A DNA stretch of 64,000 nucleotides from an uncultured Actinomycetota bacterium (GTDB lineage: Bacteria; Actinomycetota; Thermoleophilia; Solirubrobacterales; Solirubrobacteraceae), in assembly GCA_963790635.1 (NCBI GenBank), contig CAWBPJ010000003.1, positions 410,823-474,822 on the forward strand, in the 5' to 3' direction. Shown piece after piece: positions 13,201 to 26,180 of this stretch. The translations under genes and the position numbers were made by a program. The notes beneath the pieces were generated by a model. It searched no databases and was not told the origin of the DNA. It saw only the letters and a program-made list of their open reading frames with translations. Position 1 is the first letter of the stretch, and each line of letters begins with the position of its first letter.

Positions 13201-13261
13201 CGGCGGTGCTCGCGGTCGTGGACATGACCACGACTGTGGCGCCCCAACCCGGCCAGGTCCA

Positions 13262-13287
13262 GGAATGTGACGGAATTGGCACATTCC
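13262..13287. promoter_or_regulatory. Inverted repeat GGAATGTG-N10-CACATTCC between divergent DUF559 and GSIII genes
   Basis: Perfect 8-bp arms seen in the sequence. Function inferred only. Confidence 0.4.
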
Positions 13288-13469
13288 GCGGCCCGCGGCC
13301 GATCGACGGCCAACCGACCACCCAGCCCCAGGCCGCCGGCACGCGTTTTGGACATTTGGATAGTGACCTGCGGCGGAACCTGAGCTAGCTTGGCCTTGTC
13401 GCGCCCGTGGCGCGATTGCATGCCCACGCCTCCGCCGCCGGGGCGCGAATAGGAAGGAACAATCAACGC

Positions 13470-15623
13470 ATGACTCGGATTCGCCAGCAGAACGTCTTCG
13501 CAGCGCAGTGGACCCCGGACGGGGCGACCATGGGCGCTCCCGACCTGACGGTCGCCGACAACCAGATCTTCGGTGAGAACGTATTCAGCGCCGCGGTTCA
13601 GCGCCAGCGGCTTCCCAAGGACGTCTTCAAGGCGCTCTCACAGACCCTCGCCAAGGGCGAAGCGCTCGACACATCGCTGGCGGACTCCGTCGCGCTGGCC
13701 ATGAAGGAGTGGGCGCTCGAGAATGGCGCGACTCACTACGCGCACGTCTTCCAGCCGCTCACCGGCCTGACGGCGGAGAAGCACGACAGCTTCTACGCCC
13801 CCACCGGCGAGGGCACCGCGATCGCGTCATTCTCCGGCAAGGAGCTGATCCAGGCCGAGCCGGACGCTTCGAGCTTCCCAACAGGCGGGATCCGCGCCAC
13901 GTTTGAGGCGCGCGGGTATACGGCCTGGGACCCGACCAGCCCCGCCTTCATCCTCGAGAACCCCAACGGCGCGCTGCTCTGCATCCCAACCGCGTTCGTG
14001 TCCTGGACCGGCGAGGCGCTCGATCACAAGATCCCGCTGCTGCGGTCGATGGATGCAATGTCGAAGTCAGCAGTCCGGGCGCTGTCGCTGTTCGGCAAGG
14101 ACGTCAGCCGCGTGTTCACCACCGTCGGCCCCGAGCAGGAGTACTTCCTGATTGACGAGCAGTACTACTTCGAGCGGCCCGATCTGGTGACCACCGGGCG
14201 CACGCTGTTCGGCGCCAAGCCGCCGAAGGGCCACGAGCTGGACGACCACTACTTCGGTTCGATCCCGGAGCGCGTGCTGGCCTACATGCTCGAGTGCGAG
14301 CAGGAGCTGGCCAAGCTGGGGATCCCGATCAAGACCCGCCACAACGAGGTCGCACCGGCCCAGTATGAGGTCGCTCCGATCTTCGAGAACTCCAACGTCG
14401 GTTCGGACCACCAGCAGCTGACCATGCAGGTGCTGCAGAACGTGGCGCGCCGATACGGCCTCGCCTGCCTGCTGCACGAGAAGCCGTTCGCAGGTGTGAA
14501 CGGGTCCGGCAAGCACAACAACTGGTCGATGGGCACAGACGAGGGCGAGAATCTGCTCGACCCGGGTGACACCCCACACGAGAACCTGCAGTTCCTGTTC
14601 TTCTGCACCGCCGTGATCCAGGCGGTCAACAAGCACCAGGGACTGCTGCGGGCGTCGATCGCCTCCCCCGGCCAGGATCACCGCCTCGGTGCCAACGAGG
14701 CACCGCCGGCGATCATCTCGATCTTCCTGGGCAGCGAGCTCGAGAAGCTGTTCGAGGCGATCGAGTCGGGCACCGCCGGCCAGTCGACACCTGAGTCGTT
14801 CCTCGGCCTCGGCACGCCGGTGCTGCCGCCGCTGCCGCTGCACGGCGGCGATCGCAACCGCACCAGCCCGTTCGCGTTCACCGGCAACAAGTTCGAGTTC
14901 CGCGCGCTGGGCTCGAGCATGTCGCTCGGTCTGCCCAACACGGTGCTGAACACGATCGTCGCCGAGGCGGTCGACTACCTGTCAGAGGAGCTGGAGGATG
15001 CGCTGCAGGGAGGCGCATCGCTCGAGGACGCACTGCGGCCGATCATCCAGCGCAGCTACGCCGCGAACAAGCAGGTCGTGTTCGGTGGCGACGGCTACTC
15101 CGCGGAGTGGCACGCCGAGGCCGAGCGCCGAGGCCTGCTGAACGTGCCCTCGACGCCGGACGCACTGCCATATCTGGTCAGCGACGACACCGTCACCGCG
15201 TTCTCCAACTACGGAGTTCTGAGCGAGCGCGAGTTGCACGCTCGCTACGAGGTCTTCCTCGAGCAGTACATCGCCAAGCTCAACATCGAGGGCGAGACCG
15301 CCGCGTCGATCGCGCGCACGATGCTGCTGCCGGCCGCGGTCCGTTACAAGGCGGAGTTGCTCGGCTCCGAGGAGCCCGAGCTGGCGAATGAGGTCGGCGA
15401 GCTGATCTCCTCGTTCATCGATGCGATCCGTGAGCTCGAGAGCGCCAACCTCGACGAGAACCACCCGCACGACGCGGGCGTGCTCGCGTACGCGAAGTAC
15501 ATGCACGACACGGTGTTCACCGCGATGGGTGAGGTGCGCGAGGTCGCGGACACGCTCGAGAAAATGGTCGCAGACGATCTCTGGCCGCTGCCGAAGTACT
15601 CGGAGATCCTGTTCATCAAATAG
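13470..15623 (+). CDS. glnN: Glutamine synthetase type III
   Basis: About 717 aa. Motifs [50 protein letters not shown] and [28 protein letters not shown]. Confidence 0.95.
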   Translation: MTRIRQQNVFAAQWTPDGATMGAPDLTVADNQIFGENVFSAAVQRQRLPKDVFKALSQTLAKGEALDTSLADSVALAMKEWALENGATHYAHVFQPLTGLTAEKHDSFYAPTGEGTAIASFSGKELIQAEPDASSFPTGGIRATFEARGYTAWDPTSPAFILENPNGALLCIPTAFVSWTGEALDHKIPLLRSMDAMSKSAVRALSLFGKDVSRVFTTVGPEQEYFLIDEQYYFERPDLVTTGRTLFGAKPPKGHELDDHYFGSIPERVLAYMLECEQELAKLGIPIKTRHNEVAPAQYEVAPIFENSNVGSDHQQLTMQVLQNVARRYGLACLLHEKPFAGVNGSGKHNNWSMGTDEGENLLDPGDTPHENLQFLFFCTAVIQAVNKHQGLLRASIASPGQDHRLGANEAPPAIISIFLGSELEKLFEAIESGTAGQSTPESFLGLGTPVLPPLPLHGGDRNRTSPFAFTGNKFEFRALGSSMSLGLPNTVLNTIVAEAVDYLSEELEDALQGGASLEDALRPIIQRSYAANKQVVFGGDGYSAEWHAEAERRGLLNVPSTPDALPYLVSDDTVTAFSNYGVLSERELHARYEVFLEQYIAKLNIEGETAASIARTMLLPAAVRYKAELLGSEEPELANEVGELISSFIDAIRELESANLDENHPHDAGVLAYAKYMHDTVFTAMGEVREVADTLEKMVADDLWPLPKYSEILFIK

Positions 15624-15631
15624 CTCTCTGC

Positions 15632-15668
15632 GGGGGCCCTGGCGCCGCTTGCGCCGGGCCCCCAGCTT
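15632..15668 (+). terminator. GC-rich hairpin after the GSIII gene
   Basis: GGGGGCCCTGGCGC...GCGCCGGGCCCCC stem followed by a short T run. Confidence 0.5.
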
Positions 15669-15757
15669 TCCGCGGTCAGATCCATCGCGCACGAGAGGGA
15701 CCCGCGGCCGCGCGGCGAAGGTAGGCTGATCGCCAGACGTTCCTACCTCGCCGCAAC

Positions 15758-17404
15758 TTGATGGAGATGCGCGGGTTTCGAATAACTGTGAGAGACGCGC
15801 CGTCAAGGTTGCGAGCGCGCGTGCGACGGACACTGGCAAGGTCGCCACGTGCTGGTAGCACCGTCGCATTTGCGGTCGCGATGCTGATGGCCGCCGTGCT
15901 CGGCCCGGCCGCGGCGATCGCGGTTGCTGATGATGGCGGCATCGGACTGGGCGGCACCGGCAGTGGGACCGCGGCTACGAACACGGTCACCAACCCGTGC
16001 AGCGGCTCGATCAAGACCACGCTCACGACCGTCGGGCTCGCCACGACCACGACCGTCCCAACGACGCAGACCGTCGTCAGCACTGAGACCGACGTCGAGA
16101 CCACGACTGACCCGACCACCTCGATCGTCTCGACCACCACCACGACGACCCCTGTCACGACCACCGTTGCGACGAGCGCAACGGTCACGACGCCGGGGAC
16201 GACCACCATCCAGGTCACGCCGGCATGCACGACCGCGGCGCCGCCGCCCTCGACGATCGCCGTCCCAAAGACCAACCCGTTCAAGGGCCGGGCGATGTGG
16301 ATCTGGGAGCTGTCGCAGAGCAACGGCGGCAACGTCGCCGCGATCATCGCCAAGGCCAAGCTCTACGGAATCCGGGCTGTCTACATCAAGAGCAGCGACG
16401 GCACCGGGTTCTGGTCGCAATTCTCCAAGAAGCTGGTAACAGAGCTGCACGAGGCCGGCCTCAGGGTCTGCGCATGGCAGTACGTCTACGGGGTCTCGCC
16501 CGCCGCGGAGGCCAACCTCGGGGCGCGCGCCGTCAGGGACGGGGCCAACTGCCTCGTGATCGATGCTGAATCCCAGTACCAGGGCAAGTACGCGGCGGCG
16601 CAGACCTACATAACCCGGCTACGCCAGCTGATCGGCAAGCGCTTCCCGGTCGGGCTGGCCGGCTTCCCCTACGTGGGGTACCACCTGAGCTTCCCTTACT
16701 CCGTCTTTCTGGGCCCGAACGGCGCTCAGTACAACCTGCCACAGATGTACTGGGCCGACATCGGCACGACGGTTGCGACGGTGTTCGCAGTGACCTACGA
16801 GTACAACGAGATCTATCGCCGCCCGATCTTCCCGCTCGGCCAGCTGTGGGGCAGGCTCTCAGCGACCTCGATCGAGCAGTTCAACACGCTCGCCAAGCAG
16901 TACGGTGCCAGCGGTGTCAGCTGGTGGGATTGGCAATCGGCTCCGCTCTCCTACTTCAACGACATCACCAGGAGCGCACCGCTGCTCGTGTCTTACGTCG
17001 AGCGCACGCCGGCGAGCGTGTATCGAGGGAACAAGGGCGACCTCGTGATCTGGGCGCAGGAGCACCTCTACAGCGCCGGGTACAGGCTGGTGATCGACGG
17101 CGTCTTCGGCGCCAACACTCAGAAGGCGGTGAAGGCCTTCCAGACCAAGCACAGGATCGCAGCCACCGGCCTGATCAACGGCGCCACCTGGGACGCGCTC
17201 GACCGCTACACACCCGTGTCCGTCAAATGGACCCAGCGCAAGGGCGTCACCAGAGCAACGATCGCCCGCGCCGGCAAGGCCCAAGGACATGGCTCGGCAG
17301 CGCCGCTGATCGAGTCGGTGCCGACGTGGACACGCGAGCTCAGGTCACGCAACGAGCTTCACGGCGACCCGGGTGAGGGTCGGCCCGCCAACGCCAGGCG
17401 CTGA
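15758..17404 (+). CDS. Secreted protein: Thr-rich linker, glycoside hydrolase-like barrel and peptidoglycan-binding domain
   Basis: Signal-like helix. MWIWEL, VYIKSSDG, LVIDAE and PQMYW. PG_binding_1 motif IDGVFGANTQKAVKAFQ...TGLINGATW. Start uncertain. Confidence 0.75.
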   Translation: MMEMRGFRITVRDAPSRLRARVRRTLARSPRAGSTVAFAVAMLMAAVLGPAAAIAVADDGGIGLGGTGSGTAATNTVTNPCSGSIKTTLTTVGLATTTTVPTTQTVVSTETDVETTTDPTTSIVSTTTTTTPVTTTVATSATVTTPGTTTIQVTPACTTAAPPPSTIAVPKTNPFKGRAMWIWELSQSNGGNVAAIIAKAKLYGIRAVYIKSSDGTGFWSQFSKKLVTELHEAGLRVCAWQYVYGVSPAAEANLGARAVRDGANCLVIDAESQYQGKYAAAQTYITRLRQLIGKRFPVGLAGFPYVGYHLSFPYSVFLGPNGAQYNLPQMYWADIGTTVATVFAVTYEYNEIYRRPIFPLGQLWGRLSATSIEQFNTLAKQYGASGVSWWDWQSAPLSYFNDITRSAPLLVSYVERTPASVYRGNKGDLVIWAQEHLYSAGYRLVIDGVFGANTQKAVKAFQTKHRIAATGLINGATWDALDRYTPVSVKWTQRKGVTRATIARAGKAQGHGSAAPLIESVPTWTRELRSRNELHGDPGEGRPANARR

Positions 17405-17850
17405 TTGCTGTAGGCGGCCTGCCCGGTGAGCTCGGGCCCAAACCAGTAGGGCGCGATGAACGATTCGGCGCCCCATGGATCCTTGAACTCCACCTCGGCC
17501 ACGATCAGGCCGCTCAGCGCGCCCTCATAGACGTCGAGCTCGATCAGGTGGCCGTCATCAGCTCGCAGTCCGCGCCGTTGCTTCTCGACCCGCCGGCCCT
17601 CGGTCGCGGGCCAGAGCGCGTCGAACTGATCGTCGCTCAGCTCGATCTCGTGCTCGCTGCGGACCAGCCCCTGGCCCGACTTCACCGTCAGGGTGCAACG
17701 CCCGTCGCGCCTGCGCACGCGTGTCTCCGCTCCGTCGAGCCCGATCGTCAGATAGCCCTGCTCGATCCGCTGCGCCGGCGCCGTCAGCGCCTCCGCGGGC
17801 GCCGCCGCAACCAGCCACTTGCGTTCGACCTCGACGCCGGGCACGCTCAC
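17359..17850 (-). CDS. CYTH-domain protein (triphosphate tunnel fold)
   Basis: Motifs EVERKWLV, IEQGYL, RVR, LTVK, AEVEF and YSN. Confidence 0.9.
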   Translation of the reverse strand: MSVPGVEVERKWLVAAAPAEALTAPAQRIEQGYLTIGLDGAETRVRRRDGRCTLTVKSGQGLVRSEHEIELSDDQFDALWPATEGRRVEKQRRGLRADDGHLIELDVYEGALSGLIVAEVEFKDPWGAESFIAPYWFGPELTGQAAYSNQRLALAGRPSPGSP

Positions 17851-19224
17851 TCGCCTCGTATCACGGAGCCGTCGGCGATGTGCATGCCGTCCGCCGGCGC
17901 CTCCAGCGTGACCGCCCCGCGGACGACGACGCCGGACCCGAAGCTGACGTCACCGATGACCTCCAACCGCTTGGCCTCACGCAATGACGGCGGTCCTGCG
18001 GGAAACCGCTGATCGAAGGCGTCGATCATCGCGTAGTACCGCTTGTCGAGCGCGACCAACGGTTGCGCCCCGCCCAGACCCTCCCAGGGTTCGACGCCGC
18101 AGTCGTCGTCAAGCGTGAACACGTCAGAACGCAGCAGCAGCAGATCGTCGGTGGTCTTGACCGGCACGAACCGCGTGCGCGGCACCTGCAGCAGGCGCGC
18201 CCCCGGGAAGCTGCCGATCGCCGCGCCCATCGCACTCTCCAACTGGACCACCGGCGTCGAATCGGGATCGCGGGGATCGACGGTCTTGCGGTTGACGATC
18301 ACCGGCAGCTCCAGCGAGCCGTCATTCGCAAACCGATCCTTCAGCGCGTTCAGATCGATCCACAGCGAGTTCGTGTTGTAGTAGCGCCAGCGACGGTAGT
18401 CGCGGAACGAATCGGCGTCCTCCGGCGGTGTCTGAGCGGTCTCGCGCAGGATCAGCTGGCCGTCGCTCACCCGCCTGGCGATGTGCCCGCCCTTGCGGTC
18501 CGCGGCCGTCCCCACGACGACCTCCATCAGGAACGGGATCTGTTCGCGCTCGAGATGCCCGACGATGCGCGGATCCACGACCGCCGCCAGGTTGTCCGAG
18601 TTGGAGACCATCACGTGGCGGAAACCCTGCTCAAGCAGCGCGTCGAGCATCCCCGAGCCGACGAGCGCGGCGTACACGTCACCGTGCCCGGGTGGACACC
18701 ACTCGAGCTCCGGTGCTGCCGGCCAGCGGGCCGGCAGCATGGTCCCAGCATCGAGCTTCGGCACCATGCTCTGGAGGAAGTCAGCCGGCAGGCCCGGGCT
18801 CGCGAGCTCCGGAAACTCCGCGAGCGCCGCCAGCGTCGGCTCGCGGGTGGCCTCGCTGTTCATCAGGATCAGCGGCAGCCGCACGCCGTGGCGGTGGCGC
18901 AGCGCCAGTGTCTGGCCGGCGATGATCTGCAGGAACGAGCGCCCCTCGCGGGCCTCGAGCAGCGACTTGGGCTGTTTGAGGCCCATCGAGGTCGCAAGGC
19001 CGCCGTTGAGCTTCAGCACGGCGAGACGCTCGAGCGCCGGCCCCGCCTCGACCTCGGGTAACCGCTCGAGCTCGGGCACGTCGGCGGCGGGCTCGAGCTC
19101 GGAGCTCGGAATCAGCGTCGCCGCGCCGCTGCGGACGCGCTCGATCGCCGATCGGAAGGCTCGGATCGAGGCATCGCTCTGGCCGGCCTCGCGCATCTTC
19201 TCGGCGGCCGCGTCGGCGGCCTCA

Positions 19225-19232
<8 letters not shown>
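17847..19232 (-). CDS. UTP--glucose-1-phosphate uridylyltransferase (eukaryote-type UDPGP family)
   Basis: Motifs [38 protein letters not shown] and RFVPVKTT. Confidence 0.92.
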
Positions 19233-21309
<2,077 letters not shown>

Positions 21310-21407
21310 ATTGGGGAGTATTGCGGAGTGTTGGCGGTACGGCGGGCCAGCGCTTGCGGCCAACCCCGCGTGTAATTCGACCAGGAATGCGAGGCTTGGA
21401 CCCACTG

Positions 21408-21746
21408 GTGAAGCCGATCAGGATCGTGATCGCGGACGATCATGCGATCGTCCGGCGTGGCCTGCACCAGCTGCTTGAAGGCGAGGACGGCTTCGATGTC
21501 GTCGCTGAGGCGGAGACCGTCGAGGCCGCGCGTCGATACCTGCGCGGCCACCACCCTGACGTGCTCGTGCTGGACCTGAACATGCCCGGAGAGCCGAGCG
21601 TCGAAGCGATCCCGAAGCTCCACGCGGAGTTCCCTGACACGCAGATCGTCGTGCTGACGATGCAGAACGAGCCGGCCTACGCGCGCAGCGCGCTGAGCTC
21701 GGGGGTGCTGGTGCGGTACGCGCTCGATCGCAAGCTGGTCAGCTGA
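21408..21746 (+). pseudogene. NarL/LuxR-family response regulator with internal in-frame deletion
   Basis: Receiver IADDH, VLDLNMP and VLTM, then a direct jump from ALSSGV to LVRYAL, the typical last helix of the LuxR HTH. Confidence 0.7.
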
Positions 21747-21802
21747 CGCTTATTCACGAGCTGGGCGACCGCTCGAGCGGTCAACTGCTCCGGTGGCCGT
21801 GC

Positions 21803-22738
21803 TCAGACCCCGGCGGCCGCGGCAGCCGCGGCGACCCGCATCGCCGCGGCCTCAGCCCTTGCCGTGCGCCGTGCGAAGTAGGAGTTGACCATCGCGAGCG
21901 CGACGCCGAACACGAAGATCATCGTGCCCATCACGAAGACCTGTGGGGGGATGCCGACCTTGACCGAACCGTAGACCCACAGCGGGAACGTGAGCGTCTG
22001 GCCGGCGACGAACTCAGTGATGATGAAGTCATCGATCGACATCGCGAAGCAGAGCATCGCCGCAGCCAGGATGCCGGGCAGGATCAGTGGGAGCATGACC
22101 TTCTGAAAGGTGGTCCAGGGTCCGGCGCCGAGGTCCGCCGCCGCGCGCTCGATCGAACGATCGAGCCCGGCGATGCGAGCGCGCACGACAATGATCACGA
22201 ACGCGACATTGAAGGCCACGTGGGCGATGATGATGGTGACCAGGCCGCGGTCGATGTTGAGCGTCAGGAACAGCGCCAGGAGGGACGCGCCGACGACGAC
22301 CGACGGCGCCGCGATGTCGACGAAGACGGTCGACTCGATCGCGGTGCGGCCGAGGAACCGGTGACGCGCCAGCGCCAGCGCCATCGGCACGCCGATCAGC
22401 GTCGCGATCGTGGTCGAGGCGCAGGCGACGATCAGCGAGTTCACCAGTGCGTGCGTGAGGTCGGAGATCTGGAACGCGTGCCGGTACCAATAGGTCGTGA
22501 ACCCATACCAATGGAAGGTTTCGCGCTGATTCGGCGACTTGTTGAAGCTGTAGACGATCATCACCAGGATCGGGACGATCGTCCAGAAGATCACCAGGCC
22601 AGTCCAGATCGGCAGGATGTAATAGCTCGGCCCGTGGCGTTCACGGTGTCGATTGACCTTCCTGACCGGCGGCTCGCCCTCAGGCTCGGGCTCCGGTGGC
22701 TCCAGGAACTCCGGGGGCGGTGCGAGCGGCCGGCTCAC
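21803..22738 (-). CDS. potC: Spermidine/putrescine ABC permease (PotC-like)
   Basis: Motifs YSFN, GFTTYWY, IERAAADLGA, SIDDF and TFPL. Confidence 0.85.
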   Translation of the reverse strand: MSRPLAPPPEFLEPPEPEPEGEPPVRKVNRHRERHGPSYYILPIWTGLVIFWTIVPILVMIVYSFNKSPNQRETFHWYGFTTYWYRHAFQISDLTHALVNSLIVACASTTIATLIGVPMALALARHRFLGRTAIESTVFVDIAAPSVVVGASLLALFLTLNIDRGLVTIIIAHVAFNVAFVIIVVRARIAGLDRSIERAAADLGAGPWTTFQKVMLPLILPGILAAAMLCFAMSIDDFIITEFVAGQTLTFPLWVYGSVKVGIPPQVFVMGTMIFVFGVALAMVNSYFARRTARAEAAAMRVAAAAAAAGV

Positions 22739-23595
22739 GTGACCGCCTCCTCAACCGCATCGGTGCCGAACGTCCGCGCGTACAGCCAGATGATCACGAG
22801 TAGCACGATCATCAGCATCGACGACAGCGCGGCCGCCGTCGGGTAGTCCAGATCCTGGAGGTACGCGGTCTGGATCACGTTGCCGATCATCGTCGTGCCG
22901 GGGCCACCGAGGATTGATGCGGCGACGTAGTCACCGACATTGGTCACGAACACGAGCAGGAAGCCGGCGAAGATACCGGCCGAGCTGAGCGGGAGCACAA
23001 TCCGCATGAACGTCCCCGCGGGGTTCGCGTAGAGATCGCCGGCCGCACGGATCACGCGCCGGTCGATCTTCTCGAGCGCCACGTACACCGGCAGCACCAT
23101 GTAGGGGATCGCGTCGTATGTGAGGCCGGTGATCACCGCCAGCGGCGTCGACAGCACACGGGCACTCTGCGGCAGGATCCCGATGTCCTTGAGCGTGCCG
23201 AGGATCGCTCCCTGGTCCGCGAGCAGGAAGTTCCAGGACAGCATGCGGATCACGTACGAGACCAGGAAGGGCAGCAAAATTATGAACAGCAGGGTCGACT
23301 TGTGGCGGCCGCCGCGGAAGGCGATGAAGTACGCCATCGGATAGCCGATTACCAGCGCCGCGATGGTCGAGATCGCGCCGTACTCGAACGAACGCAGGAA
23401 CTGGGTGTGGTAGGACTGCAGTCCCTCCCAGAACGTCGCAAAATGCCATGTCAGGCTGAAGCCGGTCTCCGGGTTGCCGGTCATCAGCGAGACCGACAGC
23501 ACGGAGATCATCGGGATCGCGAAGAAGACCGCAAGCCAGAACGCCGCCGGCAGACCCAGGATGTAGGGGACGAGTCGCTGTCTCCAGGTCACCAC
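22735..23595 (-). CDS. potB: Spermidine/putrescine ABC permease (PotB-like)
   Basis: Motifs GYPMAY, LPFLVSYVIR, PYMVLPVY, AAGDL and MIGNVI. Confidence 0.85.
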   Translation of the reverse strand: MVTWRQRLVPYILGLPAAFWLAVFFAIPMISVLSVSLMTGNPETGFSLTWHFATFWEGLQSYHTQFLRSFEYGAISTIAALVIGYPMAYFIAFRGGRHKSTLLFIILLPFLVSYVIRMLSWNFLLADQGAILGTLKDIGILPQSARVLSTPLAVITGLTYDAIPYMVLPVYVALEKIDRRVIRAAGDLYANPAGTFMRIVLPLSSAGIFAGFLLVFVTNVGDYVAASILGGPGTTMIGNVIQTAYLQDLDYPTAAALSSMLMIVLLVIIWLYARTFGTDAVEEAVT

Positions 23596-23610
23596 GCGAG
23601 GGCTCCGTCC

Positions 23611-24894
23611 TCAGGACTGGATGATCGGATTGAAGACGTTGTTCCAGGCGTTGAAGTCGTCGTAGTCCTTGTAGGCGTAGTACTGCCTCGCCTGCGCCTG
23701 CATCGCCTTGGTGGGGAAGACGAGCGGGCTGTTGCCGACCGTAGGATCCGACTTCTGGAGGATCGGCTGCGTGTTGCCGACGGGCGTGACGTAGTTGACC
23801 CAGTCCGCCACCATCGCCCCGATCCTGGGCTTGTAGTAGAAGTTCATCCAGGCCATCGCGTCGACCGGATTCTGCGCGTGCAGAGGGATCATCATCACGT
23901 CGGTCCAGACCATCATCCCCTCTTTGGGAACGACGAACTTGAGGTGCGGGTAGCCGCTGTTGTTGGCCTGGAAGATATCCCCGGACCAGGCCTGCGTGAT
24001 CCAGATGTCACCGCTCTCAAGCGCCTTGATGTAGCTCTGGTCGTAGTACTGGCGGACGATGCCTGCGTCGCGCTGCTTCTGCAGCAGCGCCGCGGCCTTC
24101 TTCCAGTCCGCCTGGGTCGAGGTCTCCGGGTCGACGCCGATCGCCAGCAGGCCCGCTGAGCCGAGCTCGGTGTTGTCGCTCATCATCCCGACGTGGCCCT
24201 TGAAGGCCGGGTCCCACAGATCGTGGTAGCTGTTGATCTCGCGCTTGATCCTGGTCGGGTCGTAGGCGATCCCGGTGAAGCCCGACTGCCACGGGATCGT
24301 GAACTCGTTGCCCGGATCGACGGTCGGGTTGCGCGCCAGCGACGTCGCGTTGATGAAGAAGTTGGGAATCAGGCCGTGCTCGAGCGGCGTCGCCCACCTG
24401 TTGATCCGGAACAGCTCGATCGTCGTCCAGTCGTTGTTCGTCATCACGATGATGTCGTAGCCGATCGACTTGCCGGCCCGCAGCGTCGGCGCGATCTGGG
24501 CGTAGAACGGCGCGTTGTCCTGGATCACCTCGAAGTAGTTGACCTTGATCCCGGTCTTGGCGGTGAAGGCTCGAGCGACGGGTGCTTGCCGTGGTCGGTG
24601 TCGATGTACAGGGGCCAGTTGGCGAAGTCGAGTACCCCGTGCTGCTTCTGGCGTGACCACCACGCGGTCCAGTCGAAGCTCGGCGCACTGCCCGTCGCCT
24701 CCGTGCCCTTGATTCCGCAGGCCGAGAGGAAAGCGCTCATCGCAAGCGCGCCAGCGCCCAAGCCGGCGCCGCGCAGGAGTCTGCGGCGGGTGTGGCGGTG
24801 CTCGCGTCAGGCCCCGCAGCAACGCGGGATCGATCGGCGCGCTGCTCGCGTTCCGGCTCGCGGCTGCCTGGGTCTGTCCGTCCGCCATGTCCAT
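23611..24894 (-). CDS. potD: Polyamine ABC substrate-binding Tat lipoprotein (PotD-like; frameshifts near 24570 and 24805)
   Basis: RRRLLRG...LSACG leader. FANWPLYID, FTAKTGIKVNY, PWQSGFTGI, AWSGD and VPKEG, distributed over several frames. Confidence 0.8.
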   Translation of the reverse strand: MDMADGQTQAAASRNASSAPIDPALLRGLTRAPPHPPQTPARRRLGRWRACDERFPLGLRNQGHGGDGQCAELRLDRVVVTPEAARGTRLRQLAPVHRHRPRQAPVARAFTAKTGIKVNYFEVIQDNAPFYAQIAPTLRAGKSIGYDIIVMTNNDWTTIELFRINRWATPLEHGLIPNFFINATSLARNPTVDPGNEFTIPWQSGFTGIAYDPTRIKREINSYHDLWDPAFKGHVGMMSDNTELGSAGLLAIGVDPETSTQADWKKAAALLQKQRDAGIVRQYYDQSYIKALESGDIWITQAWSGDIFQANNSGYPHLKFVVPKEGMMVWTDVMMIPLHAQNPVDAMAWMNFYYKPRIGAMVADWVNYVTPVGNTQPILQKSDPTVGNSPLVFPTKAMQAQARQYYAYKDYDDFNAWNNVFNPIIQS

Positions 24895-24908
24895 CCGGTC
24901 TCCTCGGC

Positions 24909-26047
24909 CTAGACGACGAAGGTGTGTTCGGGCAGCCAGGTCAGGCGTACCTGCTCGCCAAGCGTCGGGACATACCCGCTGCCAAGGTTCTGGACGTAGG
25001 CAACCAGCTGGCCGCCGGCCGGGCTCTCCACCGTGTACTGATGGCTGACACCGACGAAGGTCGCGAGCACAACCGTGCCGACGAGCGCATTGTGGCCGTC
25101 GGGTATCGCCGCCGAGCCGGGGGCGGATCATGAGCTTCTCAGGCCGCACGCCGACCTCGACGTCGGTGGCGGAGCCCTGAATGCGGTCCGGGTCAACCCT
25201 GACCTAGTGCCCGCTGGCGAGCATGATCTCGGCCGGCGTCCCGGCGCGGCCGCGCGACTTGACAGTGCCGGCAAGGAGGTTGGAGGCACCCAGGAAGCCC
25301 GCGACGAACGCAGTGCTCGGGTTCTCGTAGACGTCCGTCGGCGTGCCCAGCTGTTCGATCCTTCCGTTGTTCATCACGGCCAGGCGATCGGACATGACCA
25401 TCGCCTCCTCCTGGTCGTGGGTCACGTAGATGAACGTGATCCCGACATCCCGCTGGATCCGCTTGAGCTCGGTCTGCATCGCCTTGCGCAACTTCAGATC
25501 CAGCGCTCCGAGCGGCTCGTCGAGCAGCAGCACCCGTGGCCGGTTGACGAGTGCGCGCGCCAGCGCGATGCGTTGCTGCTGGCCGCCGGAGAGCTGGGCG
25601 ATCTTGCGATGCTCGTAGGCCGGGAAGGTCGACCAGTCTGAGCGCATCGGTCACGCGCTGCTCGATCTCAGCCTTCGGCAGGCGCTTGCGCTTGAGCCCG
25701 AATGCGATGTTCTCGTATATGTTGAGATGCGGGAAAAGCGCGTAGGACTGAAATACCGTGTTGACGTCCCGCTTGTAGGGCGGGACGCGGCTCACGTCCC
25801 GGTCGCCGAGGTAGACCTGGCCCTCAGTCGGCGTCTCGAAGCCGCCGATCATCTGCAGCGTCGTGGTCTTCCCGCAGCCGGAGGGCCCGAGCAGGCTGAA
25901 GAACTCACCGTGGTTGATATCCAGCGTCAGATCGTCGACGGCGACGGTGTCTCCGAACATCTTGACCACGTTCCGCAGAGCCACATCTGCGGCAGCGGTC
26001 CCTTGCTCGCCTTCCTGCAGTGTTCCCTCCCTCACCGTCGGCAACAT
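24909..26047 (-). CDS. potA: Polyamine ABC ATP-binding protein (PotA-like; frameshifted)
   Basis: GPSGCGKT and [12 protein letters not shown] in one frame. [13 protein letters not shown] and VTHDQEEA in another (shift near 25625). TOBE-like tail ends [11 protein letters not shown] at 24909. Confidence 0.85.
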
Positions 26048-26180
26048 CGGGCAGAGCCTAATGCAGCGTCGAGCCTAGCGGACGCTCCGCCAGGAACAAC
26101 ATGCGAGGTTGTCGGTTGGACATTCGGACACATGCAGGGGCCGCTCGACGTCGGTGGTCAGCGGACCACCGACGGAACCG

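Noticed and set aside
12402-13388. Plus-strand ORF with (VASV)n and minus-strand ORF with (RPRL)n
   Set aside because: These are shadow frames kept open by the 12-bp repeat, with no independent coding evidence.
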